Assembly (NCBI RefSeq): GCF_036323395.1
Contig: NZ_AP028907.1
Coordinates: 1,710,001 to 1,742,000 of the forward strand
DNA from: Pyrodictium abyssi
GTDB lineage: Archaea > Thermoproteota > Thermoprotei_A > Sulfolobales > Pyrodictiaceae
Length of the DNA: 32,000 bases
Direction of reading: 5' to 3'
In this document: one piece after another, positions 1 to 8,546 of the stretch
How positions within the stretch are numbered: the first letter of the stretch is position 1
How the letters are laid out: the number at the start of each line of letters is the position of its first letter
Notes under the pieces: model-generated
What the model was told of the DNA's origin: nothing
What the model saw: the letters and a program-made list of their open reading frames with translations, nothing else
Databases searched by the model: none
Position numbers and translations under genes: made by a program

Positions 1-1
1 C

Positions 2-628
2 GTCTACGGCCGGCAGGCCCACGGCTCAGCGCCCTGGCTCGGCCTCAACGCCTTCGAGGCAATGGTTGAGATAGCGCACCGGCTCATACACGGCTACAAG
101 CCGAGGCTAGCCGAGCGGAGAACAGACCTGCCCATGGACGACCCCCGGGCGGTGAGCCCCACAGTCACCATAGGCGGCGAGGTAGAGGGGGGCGCCAAGA
201 CCAACGTGGTGCCGGGCTACTACCGGTTCAGTATAGACCGCCGGCTCATACCCGGAGAGGACCCGGACCAGGTCGAGGAAGAGCTACGTAGCTTCATAAT
301 GGAGGTGGCAAAGGACCTCCAGGAGAGAGGCTACCGTGTAGAAGTGGAGACAACAGGGAAGGCGCCCGCCACCTGGATCCCGCCAGACCACCCCTTCGTC
401 GACACCGTGGCCGAGGCTGCTCGCGAAGCCACCGGGGTGGATCCCGCCAGGACCATCTGTGTCGGCGGCCTCGACACCAGGTACTTCCAGCAGCGCGGCA
501 TCCCAGCAGTCACATACGGGCCCGGCGCGCTCGAAGCCGCCCATATGCCGGACGAGTACATCCCCATAGACGAGCTGGAGAGGGCTGTAAAGGCCTACAG
601 GATACTGGTACGCAGAGTGCTAGGCTAG
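2..628 (+). CDS. M20 family metallopeptidase/deacylase (ArgE-DapE-like), C-terminal part; 5' end outside window
   Basis: The frame is open from the window edge (VYGRQAHGSAPWLGLNAFEA..., the H-G-S-x-P neighbourhood typical of M20 enzymes). It continues through a lid/dimerisation-like segment and a C-terminal GPG...AHMPDEYIPIDEL motif. TAG stop at 626-628. Confidence 0.8.
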   Translation, partial: VYGRQAHGSAPWLGLNAFEAMVEIAHRLIHGYKPRLAERRTDLPMDDPRAVSPTVTIGGEVEGGAKTNVVPGYYRFSIDRRLIPGEDPDQVEEELRSFIMEVAKDLQERGYRVEVETTGKAPATWIPPDHPFVDTVAEAAREATGVDPARTICVGGLDTRYFQQRGIPAVTYGPGALEAAHMPDEYIPIDELERAVKAYRILVRRVLG

Positions 629-751
629 GGTCTAGAAGAGGTAGACCAGCCCTATAGCCGTCGAGTACGGTGGCCTCAGGAAGCGGACGGGTTAGCGGCG
701 AAAAAGGATGGGCTCAGGCAGCCCCTACGTGTGGGGCTCTTCACGGCCTCG

Positions 752-3700
752 CTAGTGCTCTATACGCTTCTTCATGCCCCATGGCCACCAGGCGTGTCTG
801 CCTAGTATCGAGACTACTAGTGGTGTCAGCAGGTATGCGGACATCAAGCCTGCAAGCAGCACTGTCGCTGCTAGCGTGAAGCCCATCTCCTGCATACCGA
901 TATTGCTGGCCGTGAGCATTGAGGCGTAAGCGCTGGTTACTACGAGCGATAGCCCTACTATGAAGAGGCTTACCGCGCCAGCGGCCCTAGCTACTGCTTT
1001 CTTAGGGTCGCAGCCCGTGCGGTGGCACTCTTCTAGCGCTCTCGCTAGGAAGAAGCTGTTATAGTCCATACCGACTCCTAGCACCGCCATCATGGAGACT
1101 ATGTGGAGGAACCATACCACCTGCTTGCCCATAGCCTCCTGGAATACCAGTATGCTCGCCGTTATACCCATCATGGCCGCGCCCATTATAACCGCTAGCG
1201 CCGCTATGCTCGCGACTAAACTGCCGAATATCGCGGTGAATACCAGCACCATTAGCAGGCTCGCCGCCGGGAGGATGCGGTAGTAGTAGCGCTGGTGGAG
1301 CAGCTCGTCCATCTCTAGCACTCCGTAGGGCGCGCCGCCCACGTATACCTCGAAGCCGTGTTGCTCTGCATAGTTGTGGGCTATTCGGTGTATCTCCCTG
1401 ATAGCGTCTTCTCCCTCGCGGCTGTAGGGGTCTACGCCGAGCAGCACTTGGATGACTGCTATTCTCCCGTCCTCGCTGGTTAGCCGGGTGCCTCCGGCCT
1501 TCCTGGCCTCCTCTAGGCCCGTCTTGGCGCCGGTAGGCCTCGTAGGCGCCATCACCTTTGCTACTCCCGGCACCGAGGCTATCTCCTCGGTTAGCTCGTC
1601 GACCATGGCTGCTACCGTCTTATCGCTCCAGAGGCTGCGGGGTAGCACCGCCACGACGTAGACGGGGTCTGAGGCGCCTGGCATGAACTCCTTCTTGAGG
1701 ACATCGAAGGCTTCTAGCGCGGGGGCGTCGCTCGGGAGCATCAGCTTCATGTCGTGGCTGCCCTTGAAGTTCACGTAGAAGTAGCCAGATACCAGTATCA
1801 GGGCAGCCATAGCCGCTAGCAGCGGCACCTCATAGCGCAGCAGCGCCTTCATCACCCGGCTCTCCCGGTCCACATGCCTCTCCTTGCTCGGCCTCCTCGG
1901 CCACCAGAACCAGCTGCGGCCGCCCACGAGCGCTAGCAGTGCTGGCACGAGGGTGAGGCTCGCGAACGCCGTGGCTGCTACTGTTATCGGTATAGCCTCG
2001 CCCATGCTCCTCAGGAAGCCTATGTCCCAGCCTAGTAGCAGGCTACCGAAGCCTATGATCACCGTGAGAGCGCTAGCAACCACCGCTGGGCCTGCCCGCT
2101 TGAGGGCGCGGCGGGCCGCCTCCCTAGCGTCTCCCAGCTTAGCGTACTCCTCGCGGAACCTGTGCACTATGTAGCCAGCATAGTCTGCCCCGAGGCCCAG
2201 CGCCGTGGTCATCATCAATGCCTGTGTCTGGGAGTTCAGGTCTATCCACCCGTGGCTCGCCGCCAGGTATGCTAGGGCGCCGCCAACCACCAGGCCTAGG
2301 AATATGCCGAGGTACGGCAGGATCACCGCGAAGACGCTCTCAAGTATCAGCAGCAGTACTATGAACGTGCCTAGCTCGCTGTACCTGCTTGTACCCTCTA
2401 CGTCCTTCCTAGCATACTCCTTTACCTGATTCATCAGGAGGTCGCTACCGCTCACATACACCTTCTCATAGGCTATACCCAGCCCGCCTAGCAGCTTCTC
2501 GGCCTCCCTCCCGGCTGCCACCGTGTTCTCTGCCTTCTCGTCCTGTGTCTCGCCGAGCAGCTCACCCATCACTAGGAATGCTGTATGATCGCTCGAGACT
2601 AGCAGGCCTTCGGTCTCCCTGAGGAGGCGCGGGTAGATGCTGCCCAGGAGCAGCTTCTCGGTCAGCAGCCTGGCTGCCTCCTCTACCGTGGTCTCGCCCC
2701 TCGCAGCCTCGACGGAGAGCCTGGCCAGCTCCTCTGGCAGCCACTTCGGCGGCTCGAAGTCCCCCATCTTCATCTTGTCCATGTTCTTCTCGGCCATCTC
2801 CCTCATCGTGTCCTCTATTACGCTCCACTTCCGGTCCTCTGGTACCCCGGGGCCCTCCTTGACGACGACCTCCACTATCCTCTCGACCGCTGGACGAGCC
2901 TCCTCCGGCACATGCGATAGGATCTGCTCCCTCAGCATCTCCGCTACTATGCGGCGCACCGCCTCCTTGCTGTGTAGCATCTCCTCTACCTTGTCCACGG
3001 TGAGGGGTATCTCCATGCCCTGCTTCCCGGCCATCCACAGCACCGCCTCTACTGCCAGGGTCTCGTTGGTGGCTAGCCTGCCCTCGGCTAGTGGATCGAA
3101 GCGGCTAACCGCCTCCGCGATGAGCCTCGCCTGCTCCTGGTCGCCAGTCTTCTCCGCTACCTGCTGCTCGAGGAGCCCTAGCGCTAGCTCTCGTAGCTTC
3201 TCGGGGGAGGCCTCTCCGCGGGCTACGAGGAGAGCCAGCTTCTCCACTACTTCGCGGGGTAGCGGCATCCCCTTCTCCTTAGCTGCCTCGTAGACTATGC
3301 CCGCGGCGAGCTCTGCGGCCGCCTCCGGGCTGGCCAGCTTGCCCTGCGCCTCGGGGTCAGCCTTCAGCACGGCCGGGACCAGCCCTGCCGCCTCGCTGGG
3401 CAGCTGCGCCTCCAGCAGCCTGGCTGCCTCCTCCGCTGCCACACCGCGGTCTAGGCCATTGGCGAGTACCCTGGCTGCCGCCTCTACGGCTGGCCTCGGT
3501 GCTCCGAGGCTCTCTAGCAGCTTCTCTGCCGCCGCGAGCGCCCTGTCCCAGCCCCTCGCTAGTAGCCCCGTTGCCTCCGGGTCACTCTCCACCAGGATCC
3601 CTACCATCACGGCCGTGGCGTTGCCTGGTAGCTGCATCTCCTCCGCAGCCCTAGCCGCCACGAGGGCCGCGACGTCCCTGGGCGATAGTGTCCCCTCTAC

Positions 3701-5068
3701 CGCGCCGGCTGCCAGCCTCTCCGCGGCGTCCATGGGCAGGCCCTGCTGGGCTAGCTGCTGGGCTAGTAGCGTCGCCGCTATCTGGCTCGAGCCCGCTGTT
3801 ATCCTCTCTGTCGCCGTGCTCGCCGCCTTCCGGGCTAGGCCGAGTACCTGTAGCTGGCTCTCAACGTGCCTGGGCGGCAGCTGGTAGAGCGAGATGGCCT
3901 CAGTCACGTTTGCCTCCTTCTTCGCCTCTGCTAGGGCTTCTAGCCACTGCTGGGTGAGCACTGGTAGGAGGCTCTTCGCCTCCGGTGGCGTCCTGTCGGC
4001 GAGCGTCTCCCCGGCTACCTGGGCCGCCGCCGTGTCTGGGTCGAGGCCCTTCTCCACCAGGCTCTTGACCGCCATCCACGCCGCTATCGCCTGGTCCTGG
4101 GGCAGCGGGGCTAGCTGCGGATCAACCATTGTCAGGTTGGCGGCTGCAGCATAGGCCTCGTAGCTCCCGTTGTAGGCCTCCAGGTAGTAGTAGGCCCTAC
4201 CCACCTGCCACCAGGTGTACGCCATCGCCTGCTCTATGCCGCCGACCAGCGTGGTGTTCGAGAGCACCGCCTTCAGCTGCTGGGCCCCGGAGACTAGGCC
4301 CTGGTAAAGCCCGCTGTACGCCTCGTCTAGCCTCTGGAGCCCCAGGGCTGTCTCGTTGAGCTTCTCGGCGAGGGCTAGGAGCTTGTCTGTAGCGTTCACC
4401 AGCGCTAGGTCTATCCCCGCTATGCCCGTTATCGTCTGGTTTAGGACGCCCGTGAGGTTTAGCAGACCCCTGTAGGCCTCAGCGTAGCCCCTATCCGCCT
4501 GCACGAGGCCCGTTATGCTCTTGTTTATCAGCTCTACCTGCTTGGTGGCGTTCTCGAGCCCCGAGGCGTAGGCCTCGTCTATCTGGTTGAAGGACTCGTA
4601 GATCTCGCGTGCGTGGCTTGTAGAAGCGTTTACTGCCTCCAGCATCGCCTCGTAGAGAGTCTCGTTGACGCTGGCTAGCATTACGGGTAGCGCGTTAACG
4701 TCCTTCATGTAGCGCCCGGTGACAGTGTCGTTGAACTCTTTGCCCCACTCTACTAGCCGGAGTACTGTGTTGTTGTCGTGGAGGTTTACCCCCGTTACAA
4801 CTATTACTCCGACGCTGCCTTCCCCACCCGTCACCTTTTCTAGCAGCCTCGATGCCTTCACGGTCTCGCTGTTCTCGGGTAGTGTGTACTGCTGCTCCTT
4901 GACCACTGTGCTTAGCTTCGCGAAGAGCGGAGCGGCTGCCACCGCGAGGACTATCCACAGCGCTACTACCGCTAGAGGCCTCTTGGCTATAATCTCGGCT
5001 GCACCCATCCAGTTCACCCAACCTATCGATCTCCGACATATCTGCGGGGGATAAATCGCTTCCCGCAA
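752..5068 (-). CDS. MMPL/RND-superfamily membrane transporter with a very large helical extracytoplasmic domain
   Basis: 1438-codon ORF with two 6-TM MMPL-type bundles carrying GADYAGYIVHRFREE and GMDYNSFFLARALEE. A single N-terminal TM anchor is followed by about 830 aa of Ala/Glu/Leu-rich sequence before the first bundle. The true start is probably Met21 at 5008 (MGAAEIIAKRPLAVVALWIV...). Confidence 0.85.
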   Translation of the reverse strand: MREAIYPPQICRRSIGWVNWMGAAEIIAKRPLAVVALWIVLAVAAAPLFAKLSTVVKEQQYTLPENSETVKASRLLEKVTGGEGSVGVIVVTGVNLHDNNTVLRLVEWGKEFNDTVTGRYMKDVNALPVMLASVNETLYEAMLEAVNASTSHAREIYESFNQIDEAYASGLENATKQVELINKSITGLVQADRGYAEAYRGLLNLTGVLNQTITGIAGIDLALVNATDKLLALAEKLNETALGLQRLDEAYSGLYQGLVSGAQQLKAVLSNTTLVGGIEQAMAYTWWQVGRAYYYLEAYNGSYEAYAAAANLTMVDPQLAPLPQDQAIAAWMAVKSLVEKGLDPDTAAAQVAGETLADRTPPEAKSLLPVLTQQWLEALAEAKKEANVTEAISLYQLPPRHVESQLQVLGLARKAASTATERITAGSSQIAATLLAQQLAQQGLPMDAAERLAAGAVEGTLSPRDVAALVAARAAEEMQLPGNATAVMVGILVESDPEATGLLARGWDRALAAAEKLLESLGAPRPAVEAAARVLANGLDRGVAAEEAARLLEAQLPSEAAGLVPAVLKADPEAQGKLASPEAAAELAAGIVYEAAKEKGMPLPREVVEKLALLVARGEASPEKLRELALGLLEQQVAEKTGDQEQARLIAEAVSRFDPLAEGRLATNETLAVEAVLWMAGKQGMEIPLTVDKVEEMLHSKEAVRRIVAEMLREQILSHVPEEARPAVERIVEVVVKEGPGVPEDRKWSVIEDTMREMAEKNMDKMKMGDFEPPKWLPEELARLSVEAARGETTVEEAARLLTEKLLLGSIYPRLLRETEGLLVSSDHTAFLVMGELLGETQDEKAENTVAAGREAEKLLGGLGIAYEKVYVSGSDLLMNQVKEYARKDVEGTSRYSELGTFIVLLLILESVFAVILPYLGIFLGLVVGGALAYLAASHGWIDLNSQTQALMMTTALGLGADYAGYIVHRFREEYAKLGDAREAARRALKRAGPAVVASALTVIIGFGSLLLGWDIGFLRSMGEAIPITVAATAFASLTLVPALLALVGGRSWFWWPRRPSKERHVDRESRVMKALLRYEVPLLAAMAALILVSGYFYVNFKGSHDMKLMLPSDAPALEAFDVLKKEFMPGASDPVYVVAVLPRSLWSDKTVAAMVDELTEEIASVPGVAKVMAPTRPTGAKTGLEEARKAGGTRLTSEDGRIAVIQVLLGVDPYSREGEDAIREIHRIAHNYAEQHGFEVYVGGAPYGVLEMDELLHQRYYYRILPAASLLMVLVFTAIFGSLVASIAALAVIMGAAMMGITASILVFQEAMGKQVVWFLHIVSMMAVLGVGMDYNSFFLARALEECHRTGCDPKKAVARAAGAVSLFIVGLSLVVTSAYASMLTASNIGMQEMGFTLAATVLLAGLMSAYLLTPLVVSILGRHAWWPWGMKKRIEH

Positions 5069-5219
5069 ACACTATTAAGGCGACATCCATAACGAAGAAT
5101 AATGGATGATAGCACGCGGGCTGACCGTAACAGCAGCTAACAAGCATCCTCAACCCGGCAAACAGTTAGGCAGGCACATAGCACTCCAGGTTCCACACGT
5201 GAGGGGTGTAGACAGGGGG

Positions 5220-5726
5220 ATGGTGAGCCAAGCACTCGAGATGCGCACCCGCTACATGATACTACTACTCCTAGCAGAGGGGCCGAAGACAGGCTACGAG
5301 CTAATGAAGAGGATAAGGAGCATCTTCGCGGAAGCTGGTGGCGGCGCCAGCCCCGGCACGGTATACCCTGTCCTCCGCGGCCTAGAAGAGGAGGGCTACA
5401 TAGAGTCCAGCGAAGAGCCTCATGGCGCCCGCCAGAGGAAGGTCTACAGGATAACCGAGAAGGGCATAGAACAACTCCTACGGATGATAAACAAGGGCCT
5501 TTACGTCGTAGAGGCTACCATAAAGCTCCACATGGCTGCTGCTCAGTGCCTCGCGCGGAGCCCTCGCGGCGAGCTACTCCCGCTTCTAAGGGAGATACTT
5601 GCTAGGCTTGGGAGGATAGAGGAGCTCACTGGGGAGCTACGCGACATGCTGCAACGCGTAGTAGCGGTCTACGACGAGGCCCAGCAGGGCCGGGGAGCAG
5701 GGCAAGGCAATGCTATAAAGGGCTAG
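5220..5726 (+). CDS. PadR family transcriptional regulator
   Basis: wHTH core ILLLLAEGPKTGYELMKRI...GTVYPVLRGLEEEGYIES...KVYRITEKG matches the PadR signature. The track ORF begins at 5106, but ATG 5220 (or 5241) fits the family length better. It is divergent from the MMPL gene across an AT-richer spacer at 5069-5219. Confidence 0.85.
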   Translation: MVSQALEMRTRYMILLLLAEGPKTGYELMKRIRSIFAEAGGGASPGTVYPVLRGLEEEGYIESSEEPHGARQRKVYRITEKGIEQLLRMINKGLYVVEATIKLHMAAAQCLARSPRGELLPLLREILARLGRIEELTGELRDMLQRVVAVYDEAQQGRGAGQGNAIKG

Positions 5727-5763
5727 GCTGTGTTTACCCCTAGCATTCTGGGGCATAGACACC

Positions 5764-6447
5764 GTGGTCGAGGTAGTACGGTTCATAGGCAAGAACATTG
5801 TCGAGGAGAATGCGCGTCTGGCTGAGAAGCTCCGCCGGCTCTACAACGAGGCCGGTGTGAAGGTGTTCGAGTTCCTGGGGGGCCCGGGGAGCGGGAAGAC
5901 GAGCGTGATAGAGAGGCTCGTGGAGCGGATGCTGAGGGACTATCGGCCGGACGAGATAGGCTACATCGGCGGCGACATAGCGACGACCCTGGATACCGAG
6001 CGCATAGCCCGGTACGGCGTCCGCCACGTGCAGATAAACACTGGGGGTACGTGCCACCTCGAGGTGCCCCACGTAGAGGCCGCGATAAGGGCCCTTGGAG
6101 GGGCCGAGGCGCTCCGCCGCCTAAAGGTCCTCATAATAGAGAATGTCGGTAACTTGATATGCCCGTTTAACTTCCCGCTCGGCGCCCATGCCCGAGTGCT
6201 GGTAGCCGATGTCGCTGAGGGCGAGGATAAGTTCGTTAAGCACCCGCTGAGTACACGGGCGAGCGACGTCATAGTGATAAACAAGGTGGATATAGCCGGC
6301 GCCGTGGACGTGGACGTGGAGAAGCTTGTCCGTGACGCGCGCAGCCTGAACCCTAGGGCGCCCATAGTCCTTGTGAGCGCTAGGACGGGGCAGGGCATAG
6401 AGGAGCTATACAGGGTTCTCATGGAGCTGGCCGGGAGCGGGGGGTAG
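5764..6447 (+). CDS. hypB: Hydrogenase nickel-incorporation GTPase HypB
   Basis: G3E GTPase motifs: GGPGSGKTS (P-loop), ENVGNLICP and NKVD. GTG start. The stop lies 4 nt before hypA. Confidence 0.9.
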   Translation: MVEVVRFIGKNIVEENARLAEKLRRLYNEAGVKVFEFLGGPGSGKTSVIERLVERMLRDYRPDEIGYIGGDIATTLDTERIARYGVRHVQINTGGTCHLEVPHVEAAIRALGGAEALRRLKVLIIENVGNLICPFNFPLGAHARVLVADVAEGEDKFVKHPLSTRASDVIVINKVDIAGAVDVDVEKLVRDARSLNPRAPIVLVSARTGQGIEELYRVLMELAGSGG

Positions 6448-6451
6448 GGAT

Positions 6452-6895
6452 GTGCATGAGACGAGTATTGCTCTCAGCATTCTCGCCGCTGTGGAGGACG
6501 CGTTCCGCAGCACACCCGGAGCCCGCCGTGTGACCCGGATAAGGCTGCAGGTGGGCATGCTCAGCCTCATAGACCCGGAGGCGCTCCGGTTCGCGCTGCG
6601 CGTCGTCTCCCGGGGGACGCCCGCGGAGGACGCCGAGATAGACATCGAGATGGTTGAGCCCCGGTTCCGCTGCCAGAGCTGCGGGCACGAGTGGGGGCCA
6701 AGCCCTGAGGACGTGAAACGCATCTCCGAGGACCCTAACTTGAGTACGCTCGTCCACATCCACCCGGATGCTCTCGCCCGGTATCTCCGCTGCCCCAGGT
6801 GCCAGGGCGGTAATGTCGAGATAACCCGGGGCCATGGAGTGGTGCTCCACAGCGTGAGCATAGAGACCGACGGGGATGAGGGTGGAGAGGCGTAG
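6452..6895 (+). CDS. hypA: Hydrogenase nickel-insertion protein HypA
   Basis: N-terminal M-H-E motif (GTG start giving MHETS...). The zinc site is CQSC...CPRC, with the long insert between the two CxxC pairs as I recall it for archaeal HypA. Confidence 0.9.
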   Translation: MHETSIALSILAAVEDAFRSTPGARRVTRIRLQVGMLSLIDPEALRFALRVVSRGTPAEDAEIDIEMVEPRFRCQSCGHEWGPSPEDVKRISEDPNLSTLVHIHPDALARYLRCPRCQGGNVEITRGHGVVLHSVSIETDGDEGGEA

Positions 6896-7553
6896 CCTAG
6901 AGGAAAGGGTCCGGCTGATAGTCGAGAGGCTACTGGAGTGGTACAGGGATGAGCCATGGTGGCGGCGGGAGAAGGCGGAGCCCCTCCGCGTGATGTTGTC
7001 GATACTGCTGAGCAACCGCTCCAACCGCAGAGTTGTCCGCCGCGTGGTAGCGGAGCTTCTCGAGCGCTACCCCAGGCTAGAAGACATGCTTGGAGACCCC
7101 GACGGGGTGCGTAAGGCTCTCCAGCCGCTAGGCCTCGCAGCGCTACGGGCTCGGGCCGTCCTGGGCCTTGCCCGGCTACTGGCCGAGACCGGTGGCGTCG
7201 AGTCCTTCCTAGGGCTCCCGGCCGAGGAGGCTAGGAGGAGGCTCCTCACGATCCCCGGGGTCGGCGAGAAGACCGCGGACGTCCTCCTCATGGCGCTCTG
7301 GGACGCCGACGTGTTCCCGGTCGACACGCATATAGCGCGTATAGCCTCCCGGCTCGGCCTAGTAGAGCCCGGGGCACGGCCCGAACAGGTGAGGAGGCTC
7401 CTAGAGCCCCTCATACCCCGCGGGCTCCGTGCACGCGCCCACCTAGCCATGATCCAGCTCGGCCGCGAGGTCTGCAGGCCGCGGAGGCCCCGCTGCAGCG
7501 AGTGCCCGCTCCGCGGGCTCTGCAGCTTCCCGCGGGGCACCGAGGCCGGCTAG
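6876..7553 (+). CDS. nth: Endonuclease III-like HhH-GPD DNA glycosylase with 4Fe-4S cluster
   Basis: Helix-hairpin-helix IPGVGEKTADVLL (with Lys), catalytic-Asp context VDTHIARI, and a C-terminal cluster loop CRPRRPRCSECPLRGLC. Overlaps hypA by 20 nt. Confidence 0.85.
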   Translation: MRVERRSLEERVRLIVERLLEWYRDEPWWRREKAEPLRVMLSILLSNRSNRRVVRRVVAELLERYPRLEDMLGDPDGVRKALQPLGLAALRARAVLGLARLLAETGGVESFLGLPAEEARRRLLTIPGVGEKTADVLLMALWDADVFPVDTHIARIASRLGLVEPGARPEQVRRLLEPLIPRGLRARAHLAMIQLGREVCRPRRPRCSECPLRGLCSFPRGTEAG

Positions 7554-7737
7554 TGGGCGAGGCGTGTCCCAGACTCCTATCTCGCGCACCGGGGCGGCGT
7601 AATAGGGCATGGTGTAGACGCTTATCTAGTTTCTGTACAATGGATATTGGGGGAACAGCTTATCCGGGTCAGTGTAGAGGCCATCCTAGACATGGAGAGG
7701 GAGGGAGCGAAGAACCCGAGCCCGCCAGGCCTGGAGC

Positions 7738-7974
7738 GTGACCCGAGCCGTGATACTCCACATAAGGAGGAGGAAGACCCCTACGCCCTGGGAGCGCATG
7801 GTAGAGGAGGAGGCTAGGCGCCGCCACGTAGAGACCAGGGTGGAGCTAGAGGAGCTAGAACAGAGCATCATAGAGCACAGTGCAGAGGCTGCCCTCTTCC
7901 GCTCCACAAGCAGCGGCAAGAGGAGGAGACGCCGCAGCATACTTGGTGTCGTGAAGATAGCTATACGGCACTAA
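7738..7974 (+). CDS. Possible small basic coiled-coil protein (hypothetical); may start at ATG 7798
   Basis: Uses the genome-typical ATA/AGG/GAG codons, unlike the overlapping shadow ORFs. I recognise no family. Arg/Glu-rich with an RRRRR stretch. Confidence 0.25.
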   Translation: MTRAVILHIRRRKTPTPWERMVEEEARRRHVETRVELEELEQSIIEHSAEAALFRSTSSGKRRRRRSILGVVKIAIRH

Positions 7975-8140
7975 GCCCCCAATGTCAGCTTCTCCACGGC
8001 GGCCATGGCCCGGGGGCCCAGCCACGCCTTGTACCCGCTGCTCGCGCCTTAGCACTAGAGGCTTCTAGCCCGGCGCCGTCTCTTCTCGGCTAGACCTACG
8101 CTCCATCCCTTTTTACCCGGGCGTAGTGCCCGCGGGTTCT

Positions 8141-8520
8141 CTGCACAGCACTTAGCCCCGGGGGGCCGTGGAGGCGGCCCCCGGGGCATGGGGCACTACA
8201 TGGCTGGATAGAGGCCGGGGGTTTCTCCGGCTGCACGGCTGTGAGGAGGGCGATTGGGGCCGAGGAGGGGCCACGGGGCCTCCTGTGGGGAGCCCGTGCT
8301 CCGTGCCGAGCCGTCTACCCGGGGCCCCGCAGACACGATCTAAACGATCTGCATCCTGTCCCGGTATCCGGGCTGGCCCGGAGGCTGGGCGCTGCGTCCT
8401 TAATACCGGGCTGCACGGGGCGTGGACCCCTCGGTGGCGTGGGGGGCTGTGACCGGACGCCTGGGCCTTAGCCCGTAGCGCGGGGTGCTGAGCCTGTGCA
8501 ACGGGGCGAGCCTCCACGCT
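8141..8520 (+). ncRNA. Candidate structured non-coding RNA, class unknown (about 350-380 nt, very GC-rich)
   Basis: All ORFs here are Pro/Arg/Gly-rich shadow frames. A TTTTTA box at 8111-8116 lies about 27 nt upstream of 8141. The 5' segment 8143-8153 pairs with 8483-8493 (10 bp including two U-G wobbles, valid only on the + strand). There is a 12-bp hairpin at 8155-8187, plus hairpins at 8214-8231 (with a G-U pair), 8263-8284, 8329-8352 and 8360-8372. Confidence 0.4.
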
Positions 8521-8546
8521 GCCGCTAGCGTATAGCCTCGGGGGAG

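Noticed and set aside
1092-5054. Many ORFs of 60-220 aa inside or antisense to the MMPL gene (for example 2637-3293, 3297-3887 and 2562-3038)
   Set aside because: They are Ser/Ala/Pro/Arg-rich low-complexity translations lying entirely within a well-supported 1438-codon gene. These are typical antisense or off-frame shadows in GC-rich DNA.
5764-7553. hypB-hypA-nth as an unusual functional unit
   Set aside because: Tight spacing and overlap are the norm throughout this compact window. HypAB are standard maturation factors whose hydrogenase genes can lie elsewhere, so adjacency to nth is most simply coincidental.
8152-8517. 121-aa ORF on the - strand, plus overlapping + strand ORFs (8168-8452, 8241-8471), across the GC-rich region
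   Set aside because: The products are Pro/Arg/Gly/Ala-rich. They do not use the ATA/AGG codon habits seen in the real genes here. Open frames on several phases are expected in about 70% GC DNA, so I treat these as shadow ORFs.
8141-8520. Assignment of this region as RNase P RNA or SRP (7S) RNA
   Set aside because: I found no GAGGAAAGUCC (CR-I) or ACAGAAnCCGGCUUA (CR-V) on either strand. I also found no helix-8 CAGG-(GGAA loop)-AGCA arrangement. Only vague resemblances exist (GGAUAGAGGCCGGGGGUUUC to the Alu-domain loops, GUGCUGA). That is not enough to name the class.
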